Virus record (IMG/VR): IMGVR_UViG_3300009499_000296
DNA length: 20,000 nt
Strand: one strand, 5' to 3'
From: an uncultured virus (IMG/VR IMGVR_UViG_3300009499_000296)
Lineage: Duplodnaviria > Heunggongvirae > Uroviricota > Caudoviricetes
Positions 8,415 through 15,337 of the stretch are shown here, one piece after another. The notes below the pieces were generated by a model. It had not been told where the DNA came from, searched no databases, and worked only from the letters and a program-made list of their open reading frames with translations. Within the stretch, counting starts at the first letter, position 1. Each line of letters opens with the position of its first letter. The translations under genes and the position numbers were made by a program.

Positions 8415-8608
8415 AGTTCCTCCTCTCTCCGAATCTGCCCGCTGTTATCAGTTCGCAAGTCTTTGATAACGCGCCACACACCCAAGTCTAGCAACGCATG
8501 TTTGGTTAGGGCTTGCAACATAGCATTTGTAGCCCGAGAATCACCAAAGAGCAATCGCGCCACTGCAAATACGATCTCATTGAACGCCTCATTATATTTG
8601 TCCCTCAT
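8411..8608 (-). CDS. Hypothetical protein
   Basis: AAGGAGGT SD upstream. Confidence 0.65.
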   Translation of the reverse strand: MRDKYNEAFNEIVFAVARLLFGDSRATNAMLQALTKHALLDLGVWRVIKDLRTDNSGQIRREEEL

Positions 8609-8637
8609 TTCTCTTGCACCTCCTTACGACAACGCAA

Positions 8638-8823
8638 TCACCACCAACCCATTACACGACCAGCCACGATAAGCGTCAATGCAAAGTTGACCAGCAAGAC
8701 GAACTGCACCTCGAACAGTGCTTCCCCATCAATAACCAGCAAGCTACTGCTCTCAAAAAGTGCCCAGAGAAACTGCGCCCCGCTGAGGATTATCAGAGCC
8801 AAGGCAGTACCCCTGACAAACAT
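8638..8823 (-). CDS. Small membrane protein, two hydrophobic segments
   Basis: GAGGAGG SD; ALALIILSGAQFLWALF and FVLLVNFALTLIVAG. Confidence 0.65.
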   Translation of the reverse strand: MFVRGTALALIILSGAQFLWALFESSSLLVIDGEALFEVQFVLLVNFALTLIVAGRVMGWW

Positions 8824-8903
8824 ATTCTCCTCCTCGAATCACAAACTCAGCTGACAGACTCAGCAAATGCGATGGCCATGCGCTTGCAATCTTTTCACCT
8901 TGC

Positions 8904-8996
8904 CTATCGTCGCCCCAACTGCCTCAGCACTACTACCAGCACCACAATCACAACCGCAAATACCGTATACCCTACTCGAATCAGATTTGGGGTCAT
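8904..8996 (-). CDS. 30-aa single-TM peptide
   Basis: AAGGAGG SD; MTPNLIRVGYTVFAVVIVVLVVVLRQLGRR*. Confidence 0.6.
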   Translation of the reverse strand: MTPNLIRVGYTVFAVVIVVLVVVLRQLGRR

Positions 8997-9071
8997 ACTT
9001 GCCTCCTTTCTGCCGCGCTAGGCGGCCTAACGGACTAGACTGAGTTACACAGTCCTAAGTACAGCACATTC

Positions 9072-9176
9072 GTAGTGGGGCGGGCTGCTGCCCGATTCTC
9101 TAAGGACTAAGGAGCCCCAGCGGGACTGAAGTTCTCGGTGCTCTCGGCACCAACTGAACTATACCCGCCCCACTAC
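9072..9176 (-). ncRNA. Structured leader / tRNA-derived RNA candidate
   Basis: Perfect 13-bp terminal inverted repeat GTAGTGGGGCGGG/CCCGCCCCACTAC; contains a tRNA-like 5' half GCGGGTATAGTTCAGTTGGT...AGAAC; begins at the predicted start site of the 9181-9208 promoter. Confidence 0.5.
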
Positions 9177-9180
9177 CCAT

Positions 9181-9208
9181 AGTATAGCACAATTCCAGGA
9201 TTTGTCAA
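9181..9208 (-). promoter_or_regulatory. sigma70-type promoter for the leftward operon
   Basis: TTGACA-16 nt-TATACT with extended -10 (TGc). Confidence 0.8.
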
Positions 9209-9311
9209 GTTCTCTGTACACATACACAAATACCCCCAAAATTCTCGCGGGTTGTTAAGTGTATGTATGTGAATGTTCAAAGTGAGCATACCCCCTCGTA
9301 TCTCATGAATA

Positions 9312-9342
9312 ACTAGGGCTCCTGGTAGTCAGGAGCCCTAGT
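9312..9342. other. Perfect 13-bp hairpin (GGGCTCC/GGAGCCC family)
   Basis: ACTAGGGCTCCTG-GTAGT-CAGGAGCCCTAGT. Confidence 0.8.
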
Positions 9343-9375
9343 ATATTGCCCCAGTGGGGCTAGGAAGGGACCACA

Positions 9376-9579
9376 GTGTTCTATCTCTACGTTCCGGTCA
9401 AGGTTTCCTCTAACCCGATGGTCTGCGAGCGCCTGGGTGAGTACAGGGTCGTCCGCGCTCGCCTGGCCGTCTCTGGTCTGAAGGCTGCTCTGGCTTTGGC
9501 TGAGTCCAAGCGGATGGACTTGCAAGAGGCTGGAGTTCCAGAGGCAGTGGTTGCCTCCATGCGCCTGGTGACCTGCTAA
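9376..9579 (+). CDS. Hypothetical protein
   Basis: Purine-rich GGAAGGGA before GTG; first rightward ORF. Confidence 0.55.
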   Translation: MFYLYVPVKVSSNPMVCERLGEYRVVRARLAVSGLKAALALAESKRMDLQEAGVPEAVVASMRLVTC

Positions 9580-9588
9580 CAATCTATA

Positions 9589-9651
9589 ACTCCTCTGCAT
9601 GGTGCAGCACACTATAAACGTGTGTGGGGGTTCGAATCCCCTAAGAGGAGT
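9589..9651 (+). ncRNA. Degenerate tRNA-like element, 63 nt
   Basis: Acceptor-like stem ACTCCTCT/AGAGGAGT, anticodon-like arm CACAC-TATAAAC-GTGTG and T-arm GGGG-TTCGAAT-CCCC; D-arm minimal, no variable loop. Confidence 0.55.
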
Positions 9652-9870
9652 GTGGTGTCTATTGGGCTCTCCTCTCACGAGAGTCGCTGAGAGAGGCTCA
9701 CCCGTGGGGCATAGAGGCGCTCACACCTGGAGTGAGGCGGCCAGGGGCTGATCCCCCCGTTTGCCTTGGCTTCTATTGCGGGTGCAAGGGTGTGTGGCTG
9801 GTACGGTATTGACCGTACCTACATCACTCAGGGCCTCTCGTGAGGGGAGAGACATAGAAAGGAACGAGCA

Positions 9871-10092
9871 ATGACCCGCAAGTACATCAATGGGATGGTA
9901 GCAGCCCTTCGGCGAAATGGGCTGGTGACACTGGACACAGAGAGCATCTTCCAGAACCTGCGCCAGTTAGAGCAGTATCACGGTGTCACCATCACCGATG
10001 CCGTGATACGCAGAGAGCTAGGCCGACTGGGGATTCCCTCTTTTCGGGGAGTGTCTCAGGGCTCTCGTCGGATGGCACACTCGCCTGCATAG
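9871..10092 (+). CDS. Hypothetical protein
   Basis: GAAAGGA SD. Confidence 0.65.
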   Translation: MTRKYINGMVAALRRNGLVTLDTESIFQNLRQLEQYHGVTITDAVIRRELGRLGIPSFRGVSQGSRRMAHSPA

Positions 10093-10210
10093 CATCCGAC
10101 AATGCATAACCGAATAGCAAACAGGCCATCTGCCCTTCATTGCCACGCTCTCCAGGGAGATAGATGAAGGGCAGTTGCGTGTCTGTTATTCAACATGAAA
10201 GGAGAGAAGC

Positions 10211-10384
10211 GTGTACGAAGTCTTTGATGTCGTTAGCAAGAGGAGACTTGCCACCGCCACGTCTTTGTGGATGGCAGAGATAGAAGCCCGTCACCGGACA
10301 CTGAAGGGGCAGGTTGTGGGTATCAGGTACATCCCCCTGTTGTATAGCCAATACAAAAGGCCATCTGCTGCCAGAAGGCGCTAG
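10211..10384 (+). CDS. Hypothetical protein, 57 aa
   Basis: GAAAGGAG SD, GTG start; MYEVFDVVSKRRLATATSLWMAEIEARHRTLKGQVVGIRYIP... Confidence 0.6.
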   Translation: MYEVFDVVSKRRLATATSLWMAEIEARHRTLKGQVVGIRYIPLLYSQYKRPSAARRR

Positions 10385-10400
10385 TAGAAAGGGGAGAGAC

Positions 10401-10628
10401 GTGATAGCGTTCTCTATTGAGTTGGGAAATCCAAGCAACACTATAACAGTCTACGATGTCGTAGACGCAATATGGTACGAGAAGAAGGTGTATCCAGTCA
10501 CCCATGAGGAGGCGCTGGATGCAGCAGAGAGGCTAGGGGTAAAGCCCTGCTTTAAGGGTCCCTTCCTAGCCTCCACACTGTGTAATGATGGCAGCCCACG
10601 GAAGTGGGCCAATAATGGTATCGGCTAG
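10401..10628 (+). CDS. Hypothetical protein
   Basis: AAAGGGGAG SD before GTG at 10401. Confidence 0.6.
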   Translation: MIAFSIELGNPSNTITVYDVVDAIWYEKKVYPVTHEEALDAAERLGVKPCFKGPFLASTLCNDGSPRKWANNGIG

Positions 10629-10637
10629 GAGGCATAC

Positions 10638-11264
10638 GTGAACGTTAAGCAAAGCAAGGCCCTATCCCGGGCAACCAACGTATTGGCTACAATGGGGTGG
10701 CTGAGAGAAGACATAAAGGAAGCCCGCGAGAGACCCAAGGACATGATGGATGTCATCGCTTACTACACTGATGACAAGGAACTGAAGCAATGGGCCTGGG
10801 ATGCTCGTGAGCTCTTCCCTGAGCCCGAGCCTCCCTGCACAGCCCTGGTGTGCACAGACCAGGGCCGTGTCACAGTGGAGGCTGTGGGTATTCTGGAGCT
10901 CCAGAGACCCACAGTTAACAGAATAGCAGCAAGGGAGCTGCTAGAGTTAGGTGCACCCTTTACCACTATCGTTGAGTCCGTGCCAGTCATTCCCCTAAAG
11001 GAGGGATCTGTGAACCTCGTAGACGACCTAGTAAGTGCCGTTGACGCCTTTCTTCCCTTGGATGTCCCGGAGGAGGGAATTGAGGACATCGCCGAGGTGA
11101 CGCTAAAGGAACTTGGTACCATTCATTCTCAGTTCCCAGTCCTTAACGGATTGAGAGTGGTCACCTGGGAGAGGGACAGTAAGAGGTTCTCCATTCCCGT
11201 GAGGGAAGAGAACCTGGAGAGACATCTGTCTCTCTATCTAAACGCCGGCTGGGCTACAGCCTAA
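10638..11264 (+). CDS. Hypothetical protein, 208 aa
   Basis: AGGAGG SD, GTG start; no family recognised. Confidence 0.75.
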   Translation: MNVKQSKALSRATNVLATMGWLREDIKEARERPKDMMDVIAYYTDDKELKQWAWDARELFPEPEPPCTALVCTDQGRVTVEAVGILELQRPTVNRIAARELLELGAPFTTIVESVPVIPLKEGSVNLVDDLVSAVDAFLPLDVPEEGIEDIAEVTLKELGTIHSQFPVLNGLRVVTWERDSKRFSIPVREENLERHLSLYLNAGWATA

Positions 11265-11286
11265 CCAGCCAGACCTTACCACTCAG

Positions 11287-11344
11287 ACGGGATGGCAGTT
11301 CCTGTCTCTCTATCATCCGGTGGACTGCCATCCTGTTCTTTTTT
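11287..11344 (+). terminator. Probable intrinsic terminator
   Basis: GGATGGCAGTTC...GGACTGCCATCC stem followed by a T-rich tract, between convergent genes; the loop is long. Confidence 0.55.
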
Positions 11345-11397
11345 CCAAGCCTCTGCTGCGCTTCACCCACAGAGCAGACCTGCTCTAGGGGGTCAGG

Positions 11398-11517
11398 TCA
11401 GCCGCCAGACTCCCAAAGGGCCACTAGCTTCTTTCGGGCCCGAATGAAGGTGCTGATGTTCTGTGTAATCACAGCAGCCTGCATCTCGTCCAATAGCTTC
11501 TTGACTCTCTTGTCCAT
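11398..11517 (-). CDS. Small protein, 39 aa, under a divergent promoter
   Basis: MDKRVKKLLDEMQAAVITQNISTFIRARKKLVALWESGG*; the ORF-track start at 11580 overlaps the -10 box, so 11517 is preferred. Confidence 0.55.
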   Translation of the reverse strand: MDKRVKKLLDEMQAAVITQNISTFIRARKKLVALWESGG

Positions 11518-11574
11518 GTTACACCTGTAACCTCGCACGGGGTGGAAACACCCCTCAACTGTTACACCTGTAAC
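11518..11574. promoter_or_regulatory. Two identical palindromic operator-like sites
   Basis: GTTACA-CC-TGTAAC at 11518-11531 and 11561-11574. Confidence 0.7.
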
Positions 11575-11578
11575 ACTC

Positions 11579-11607
11579 ATTATAGCACACTTAAGGCGTC
11601 AAGTCAA
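11579..11607 (-). promoter_or_regulatory. sigma70-type promoter, leftward
   Basis: TTGACT-17 nt-TATAAT with TGc extension. Confidence 0.8.
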
Positions 11608-11626
11608 GTGAATACGTGAGATAAAC

Positions 11627-11655
11627 TTGACAAAACCGAATATCTGTGCTATAAT
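11627..11655 (+). promoter_or_regulatory. Perfect-consensus sigma70-type promoter, rightward
   Basis: TTGACA-17 nt-TATAAT with TGc extension. Confidence 0.9.
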
Positions 11656-11801
11656 ATGGGGTACAAAGAGACAGTTGCTAGATACCTTATTGCGACAAGT
11701 TGCAATAAGAGGGGGGAAAAATAATACCTCTGTGTGGGGTAGTGGGTATCCGCTGTAAAACTAGGTCGGTTTCATCCGACAACGCATGAAAGGAGTGTTC
11801 G

Positions 11802-12038
11802 GTGAATAAAGCTCTACAGAATGCCCTTGAGCAACTGAAAGGCAGCATTAGGGAGAAGCGCGGGGTCGCAATATTCCCCTACGAGGCCCAAGCCCTGCTG
11901 GATGAACGGACTGCCCTGCGGGACGTGTGCAAGGCACTTAGCGCCTGGTTTGACCAAGCAGGGGTGCCAATGCGGGGCTACAATCCTATCGTAGAGAGGG
12001 CCCGTGTCGCTATTGCCAAGTCATCTGACAACGTATAG
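11802..12038 (+). CDS. Hypothetical protein (unit 1)
   Basis: SD supplied by the repeat; ends ARVAIAKSSDNV* inside the next repeat copy. Confidence 0.75.
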   Translation: MNKALQNALEQLKGSIREKRGVAIFPYEAQALLDERTALRDVCKALSAWFDQAGVPMRGYNPIVERARVAIAKSSDNV

Positions 12039-12052
12039 AAAGGTGAGTAGAA

Positions 12053-12352
12053 ATGAGGTATCAAATCTTCAGTGACGATAAAGTTGGCACATGGGCTGTT
12101 CTGTTTGATCGGTCGCCCTTCTGTTATGGCGAATTGTCGCAAGAGGAGCGGCAAGGGATTGAGGAGATTCTCACGCAGAATAGCCTCATTCGAGACGAGC
12201 AGATAGCAGATGCAATAACCCATCGCAGTGTGCGGGTTCGGGTAAAGCCGCAATTCTGCCTAACACTCGTTGCACCTAACGCGGCTAGTCGCTACGATGA
12301 ACTGCCAGGATATAGCTATTGGGATGATCCTACTCCTGGCGAGGAAAGGTAA
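12053..12352 (+). CDS. Hypothetical protein (unit 2)
   Basis: AAAGGTGAG SD. Confidence 0.7.
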   Translation: MRYQIFSDDKVGTWAVLFDRSPFCYGELSQEERQGIEEILTQNSLIRDEQIADAITHRSVRVRVKPQFCLTLVAPNAASRYDELPGYSYWDDPTPGEER

Positions 12353-12430
12353 TACCTCTAAGTGGGCTGGGGTTCTTGGGGTGTGTGAGTGTGACAATTT
12401 CATCTGACAACGTATGAAAGGAGAAACGGA

Positions 12431-12634
12431 ATGACAGACGCACGCTATTTTGAGTGCCAGACTTGTAGCCAAGTCGTACAGGGCTGGCACGCAGCACACG
12501 AGTGGATTCAGTGTTGCTCCCGTCCCCATTATCATGAAGTCCCGGGGCCGCAGGAGGAGCCGGAGAGGTTCTGGTGCGCATACTGTGGCACAGAGTATGA
12601 TGGGCATCACGACTGCCCTAATCCCAGGCTATAG
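12431..12634 (+). CDS. Small Cys/His-rich putative Zn-binding protein (unit 3)
   Basis: CQTC...CC; CAYCG...HDC. Confidence 0.7.
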   Translation: MTDARYFECQTCSQVVQGWHAAHEWIQCCSRPHYHEVPGPQEEPERFWCAYCGTEYDGHHDCPNPRL

Positions 12635-12680
12635 CTTGCACGGGCTATGTCATCCGACAACATATGAAAGGAGTGAAGGC

Positions 12681-12896
12681 ATGGCTGCTTCGATTATCCC
12701 AGCGGCAGGGTCAGCGTTTGGGCCTTGCCTGAAGGCATGTGAACACAGAGATTGTGCCGAGCTTCGACAAATGGCATCAGAACTCTGTGTCATTTGTGAC
12801 GAGCCTATCAGATACGAGAGACTGTTCTATCGAGAGGGCAAGTGGTTTTACCATGCGCTCTGTCTGTTACGAGAGAAGTGGGTTGTCGGTGTGTAG
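12681..12896 (+). CDS. Small putative Zn-finger protein (unit 4)
   Basis: GPCLKACEHRDC; CVICDEPI...YHALC. Confidence 0.75.
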   Translation: MAASIIPAAGSAFGPCLKACEHRDCAELRQMASELCVICDEPIRYERLFYREGKWFYHALCLLREKWVVGV

Positions 12897-12940
12897 GACT
12901 AGGCTGATTCCATCCGACAACATATGAAAGGAGGCAATGA

Positions 12941-13195
12941 ATGGAAACACCGTGGCAGGAGGTACAGAGAGCCTTTCTTGACAGGCAAGAGGTAACCGTA
13001 ACCGTCTCTAAGATAGACTGGTTGGGTTGTTTGGAATGGCTCATCCACTATGACTGTGTTGTACAGGTTAAGCATAGTGGCCCCAACTATCGTGTAACCT
13101 TGGTGATGGGCCCCTCTGCTCGGAAGTACTGGAACATCAAGAGCGGCCAAGCCCGCGCTGCCATCGCCCAAGCTACGTCATGCGACAACGTATAA
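12941..13195 (+). CDS. Hypothetical protein (unit 5)
   Basis: AAAGGAGG SD; ends ARAAIAQATSCDNV* inside a repeat copy. Confidence 0.7.
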   Translation: METPWQEVQRAFLDRQEVTVTVSKIDWLGCLEWLIHYDCVVQVKHSGPNYRVTLVMGPSARKYWNIKSGQARAAIAQATSCDNV

Positions 13196-13229
13196 AGCTG
13201 GGGCTGCTATAGTAGGAGGAGCAAGAAAG

Positions 13230-13388
13230 ATGATGTTCTCAGTTCCCGAAGTGATCGGGTTGTGTGTGTTGTGTTTGCTCATGGGTCGTGCTATCCAGAA
13301 CTGGTGCAACCGCACAAGAGAGGCCGACGCTGAGGCATACCGCCTGGGTTACGACGATGCCCGAATGGGCAAGGAGGCACAGCTATGA
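13230..13388 (+). CDS. Small membrane-anchored protein, 52 aa (paralog of 16891-17046)
   Basis: MMFSVPEVIGLCVLCLLMGRAIQNWCNRTREADAEAYRLGYDDARMGKEAQL*; AGGAGG SD. Confidence 0.8.
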   Translation: MMFSVPEVIGLCVLCLLMGRAIQNWCNRTREADAEAYRLGYDDARMGKEAQL

Positions 13389-13498
13389 AGATCGTAATTG
13401 GCGGAGCGCGGTGCAACAAGAAGCGCTGGCGGGCCCATCGTGGCAAGGGCAATCTGCTTGTGTGGCTCTGGCCGTTGTTTGTAGGTTTCTACACATAA
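13385..13498 (+). CDS. 37-aa basic/hydrophobic peptide (paralog of 17599-17712)
   Basis: MKIVIGGARCNKKRWRAHRGKGNLLVWLWPLFVGFYT*; AAGGAGG SD, ATGA overlap. Confidence 0.7.
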   Translation: MKIVIGGARCNKKRWRAHRGKGNLLVWLWPLFVGFYT

Positions 13499-13513
13499 TT
13501 CGCAGGATAGCCC

Positions 13514-13664
13514 AAGCTCTGCCCCGCACGAGACGCCTGAGGCTCGGCGGATGATGCAGGAGGGGCAAGTGGCCGAAGTTGACGGGCGATGCCCGTCAAT
13601 GCGGGAGCCGCCCGTTGGCGAGAGCCTAAATAGCGGTTGGCCACTAGACGGCGGGGTAGAGCTT
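13514..13664 (+). ncRNA. Multi-helix structured RNA candidate upstream of the LAGLIDADG gene
   Basis: Closing helix AAGCTCTGCCCCGC/GCGGGGTAGAGCTT, inner helix AGTGGCCGA/TTGGCCACT, hairpins TTGACGGGC/GCCCGTCAA and GGC-GAGA-GCC. Confidence 0.6.
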
Positions 13665-13686
13665 CGCTAATGTGGAAGGCGATCAG

Positions 13687-14190
13687 ATGGCAAACTCTTT
13701 TTCGCTTCAATGGTTTGTTGGCTTCGTAGAAGCAGACGGCTGCTTTTCGTCAAGAAATGACCGAAAGTGGGTGACTCCCCGCTTTCAGCTTGCGCTCAGG
13801 GCGGATGACTACCCGCTACTTCTGATGATGCAAGAACAACTCGGGATCGGACGGCTGGGCAAGAGCTGGCGGACGCACTACCGTGTTGACACTGAGGGTC
13901 GAGTTTACACGACTACGACGCCAATGGCCCGGTGGGACGTCAGGTCAAAGCTAGAGCTATTGGCATTGGTAGAGATTTTCGACGCGAATCCGCTGTTGAG
14001 CAGGAAGGCCGAAGATTACCGCGTATGGCGTGAATTGGTGATGGAATACCGCAAACCAGCGATAGAGCGTGACAGGAGCCACATGCGCTATCTAGGCCAG
14101 AAGCTCACGTGGGTCAAGAAGATGAGGGACGAAAGTGAGGCCGCTGAACCGGAGAAGGACTGGGAACAGCTATACCTGTTCCCATGGTGA
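13687..14190 (+). CDS. Single-motif LAGLIDADG homing endonuclease-family protein
   Basis: WFVGFVEADGCF motif with the acidic catalytic position retained; PRFQLAL...DD.PLL..MQEQLGIGR; FDANPLLSRKAEDYRVW. Confidence 0.92.
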   Translation: MANSFSLQWFVGFVEADGCFSSRNDRKWVTPRFQLALRADDYPLLLMMQEQLGIGRLGKSWRTHYRVDTEGRVYTTTTPMARWDVRSKLELLALVEIFDANPLLSRKAEDYRVWRELVMEYRKPAIERDRSHMRYLGQKLTWVKKMRDESEAAEPEKDWEQLYLFPW

Positions 14191-14254
14191 TCCGCGCGGC
14201 TTTAGCGGGGCGGAGCGCGGAATTCTGGATAGTATCTAGTTAGGAGGCTAAGAC

Positions 14255-14566
14255 ATGCACACATACAAAGGCAAACCAGTTGAACTACTCGCTGTGACGT
14301 ATGTCTCGAATGGCAAGCAATACTGCACCATCCTGATGGAAAATCGCCTGGGGCGCAAACAGCGTCAGAGCGTGCTATTGCGCCACCTAACTCCCGTTGC
14401 ACCTGACGCGGCTACTCCTGCACCGCTACGACGGCGCTGTTGTGTCCACGGTGAAGATTTAAATGCTCCCTGTGAGGCATGCGATGAGGAAACAGAAAGC
14501 GGGTATGACCGCCTAGTATGCGGGCCTGATCCAGATGGTGAGCCCGGATACCCGCCGCGCAGGTGA
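14255..14566 (+). CDS. Hypothetical protein with a C-terminal Cys/His cluster
   Basis: AGGAGG SD; CCVHG...CEAC. Confidence 0.7.
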   Translation: MHTYKGKPVELLAVTYVSNGKQYCTILMENRLGRKQRQSVLLRHLTPVAPDAATPAPLRRRCCVHGEDLNAPCEACDEETESGYDRLVCGPDPDGEPGYPPRR

Positions 14567-14599
14567 GCTTAGACGATGGACGGAAAGCCGAGGTAGAGA

Positions 14600-14908
14600 A
14601 TGGAAAGAGTACAATTGGGAATATGGCAACTTTGGTGGGAATGCCCGCATTGTCTCCATGACAACGTTGTGGAGATAGATGAGGGCGAAGAACCGCCGAT
14701 AGAACTCTCTGTGCGTTGCCAGATATGCAAACGGGAATATATCGCGGAGTTTGATCCCCTTCTGCCTAGAGGGATTCATGATACAGCCGCTTTCCGCCCT
14801 TCTCCCGCTGCACCTGATAGCGCGTTCCCGTGTCCCGAGTGTGGCGGTACGATTGGCCATCGCGTCAATTGCCCCGATGGGATCGCCTTTTCACGCCCCG
14901 TAGGTTAG
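14600..14908 (+). CDS. Zn-ribbon protein
   Basis: CPHC, CQIC, CPECG...HRVNC. Confidence 0.75.
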   Translation: MERVQLGIWQLWWECPHCLHDNVVEIDEGEEPPIELSVRCQICKREYIAEFDPLLPRGIHDTAAFRPSPAAPDSAFPCPECGGTIGHRVNCPDGIAFSRPVG

Positions 14909-14932
14909 CTTAGTCCGTTAGGAGGACAACGA

Positions 14933-15046
14933 ATGTTCCGCTACTGCCGAGACTGCAACCGCATCACCTGGCACAGATGGGTGGGCAACAAACAGTACTG
15001 CTCGGTGTGCGGGCGGGTGTATGCAGTGCAGGAGAGGCTGCTGTGA
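14933..15046 (+). CDS. 37-aa Zn-ribbon peptide
   Basis: AGGAGG SD; MFRYCRDCNRITWHRWVGNKQYCSVCGRVYAVQERLL*. Confidence 0.75.
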   Translation: MFRYCRDCNRITWHRWVGNKQYCSVCGRVYAVQERLL

Positions 15047-15057
15047 GAGGAGGAAGC

Positions 15058-15276
15058 GTGGATGATTCCTGGAGATTGCGCAAGGCCCTGAGCGATATAG
15101 CGGAGAATGCCGTAGACCACCGTGACAAACGTCCAGACCTGCGCATGATTGTTGAGGAGATAGGAGAGCTGGCAAAGGGCTTGGCGGGTGATCACGAACA
15201 CTCGGCCAGGTACGAGTTGGTGCAAATCGGGGGTATAGCGGCGAACTGGGCCGCGCAGTTGGATGAGAGGACGTAG
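15058..15276 (+). CDS. MazG-like all-alpha NTP pyrophosphohydrolase-family protein
   Basis: IVEEIGELAKGL...YELVQIGGIAANW; GAGGAGG SD before GTG. Confidence 0.6.
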   Translation: MDDSWRLRKALSDIAENAVDHRDKRPDLRMIVEEIGELAKGLAGDHEHSARYELVQIGGIAANWAAQLDERT

Positions 15277-15337
15277 AGCATGAACAAGAATCCACCCAAT
15301 AGAAGATTGAAAGGAGAACAATTCATGATGCAGTACA

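Larger units (their letters stand above)
11773..13194 (+). repeat. Six direct copies of the 16-bp motif CATSYGACAACRYATR separating five genes
   Basis: Copies at 11773, 12022, 12401, 12651, 12911 and 13179; four continue AAAGGAG and one continues GAAAGGTGAG. Confidence 0.95.

Noticed and set aside
9589..9651. Canonical functional tRNA (Leu or Tyr)
   Set aside because: It is too short, lacks a normal D-loop and variable region, and the anticodon register is ambiguous.
11773..13194. CRISPR array
   Set aside because: The repeats are 16-23 bp and degenerate, the intervals are 249-379 bp and contain genes, and no cas genes are visible.
13560..13580. Lysine riboswitch similarity (AGGGG...GCCGAAG)
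   Set aside because: Other conserved elements such as the 5' AGAGG are missing, and the gene context is unrelated.
13499..14254. Group I intron or intein hosting the LAGLIDADG
   Set aside because: No interrupted host gene, no confidently recognisable P7/J8-7 core, and no intein terminal residues; not fully excluded without a covariance search.
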